IMG/VR virus record: IMGVR_UViG_3300005535_000012
Location: 1 to 39,583 of that record
Length of the DNA: 39,583 bases
Source: a virus
Reading direction: 5' to 3' (one strand)
The first letter of the stretch is position 1, and each line of letters opens with the position of its first letter. Position numbers and translations under genes: made by a program. Positions 39,142 to 39,583 of the stretch are shown piece by piece. Under the pieces are notes generated by a model. It was not told the DNA's origin, did not search any database, and saw only the letters and a list, made by a program, of their open reading frames with translations.

Positions 39142-39583
39142 CGCCGCATCCCCTGTCGAGCAGCACGAAGCAGCGCCGGCCGAGGGTTGTACGCCCGAAG
39201 ATGCACGGATGCTGCGGGCAGCGAATCACTCGCTTGCAGTGGAGAATGAAGCGCTTCGCCGAGCGTTGCGCCCGTTCGCTCGAATCGTATCCACCGACCG
39301 CCTTTCTTGGGCAATCGTCGAGTATTGCATTGATGGCGACCCAGAGAAGCAGACGTTTCAACGGCCGCAGATGCAGCGCGCATTCAATCGAGTGGCTGAT
39401 CTCCTTCGCGAGAACGTACCGAACGGCATTCCGTCCGACATCAATCCAGACGATCTGCCGGATTGGGTCAAGAACGGGAAACCTCCCGCACAGCCCGAAT
39501 CGCCGACGCAACCCGCACCGTCCGCCCCGCTCGAAGGCACGGGCAATGGGGCGGATGAGCGGGCGATGCGCGTAACTGATGGC
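39134..39583 (+). CDS. 5' part of the junction-spanning ORF (continues at nt 61 of the window after circularisation)
   Basis: AAGGAG SD, ATG 39134, 8-nt overlap with the upstream gene. It is open to the window end and absent from the ORF track because it has no stop. Confidence 0.7.
   Translation, partial: MDNAASPVEQHEAAPAEGCTPEDARMLRAANHSLAVENEALRRALRPFARIVSTDRLSWAIVEYCIDGDPEKQTFQRPQMQRAFNRVADLLRENVPNGIPSDINPDDLPDWVKNGKPPAQPESPTQPAPSAPLEGTGNGADERAMRVTDG
39524..39583. repeat. Second copy of the 60-nt terminal duplication
   Basis: Identical to nt 1-60. Confidence 0.95.

Noticed and set aside
1-39583. tRNA, tmRNA or rRNA genes.
   Set aside because: Non-coding gaps are few and short. None showed a cloverleaf-compatible arrangement or a GTTCGAATC-type T-loop. 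This was not checked with tRNAscan.

Overview
The window is a complete, circularly closed tailed-phage genome. The first 60 nt equal the last 60 nt, giving a unique length of 39,523 bp, and one ORF reads in frame through the junction.

Minus strand: morphogenesis genes follow P22-type podovirus order. They are candidate small terminase, large terminase, portal with a long C-terminal coiled coil, scaffold, P22-type coat, adaptor, gp10-like hub, a needle-position protein, three Gly/Gln/Ala-rich ejection proteins (one with an SLT domain), a beta-helix tailspike, a GH24 endolysin and a 3TM holin-like protein.

A divergent HTH switch at ~31.3 kb separates two transcription units:
- A minus-strand early operon (Cro-like HTH, micro membrane peptides, replisome organiser with internal iteron-like palindromes, NinG/Rap, XRE and Myb-like regulators) that runs on into the late operon.
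- A plus-strand accessory/recombination operon (XRE regulator, lipoprotein, pentapeptide-repeat protein, Rad52-like annealase, Gp157-like, HNH-like insert, C5-MTase-like, PAPS-reductase-like, Ea22-like modular protein). It wraps across the window ends and stops at a bidirectional terminator near 3.05 kb.

I saw no integrase, partition genes, tRNA, CRISPR array or reverse transcriptase.

Most promising unexplained items:
1. An Asp/Asn-beta-hydroxylase-like dioxygenase plus a GNAT gene, translationally coupled inside the ejection-protein operon.
2. A C5-MTase-like (frameshifted at a C6 run) plus PP-loop PAPS-reductase-like pair, a candidate DNA-modification module.
3. A pentapeptide-repeat gene built from 22 near-identical 15-nt units with only non-synonymous variation, preceded by a 160-nt candidate structured RNA.
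4. An HNH-like gene whose insertion duplicated and recoded the last 13 codons of its target gene.
5. An AT-richer two-gene membrane module and a lysis cassette with no recognisable spanins.

All family assignments come from motif recognition by eye. No database search was run.
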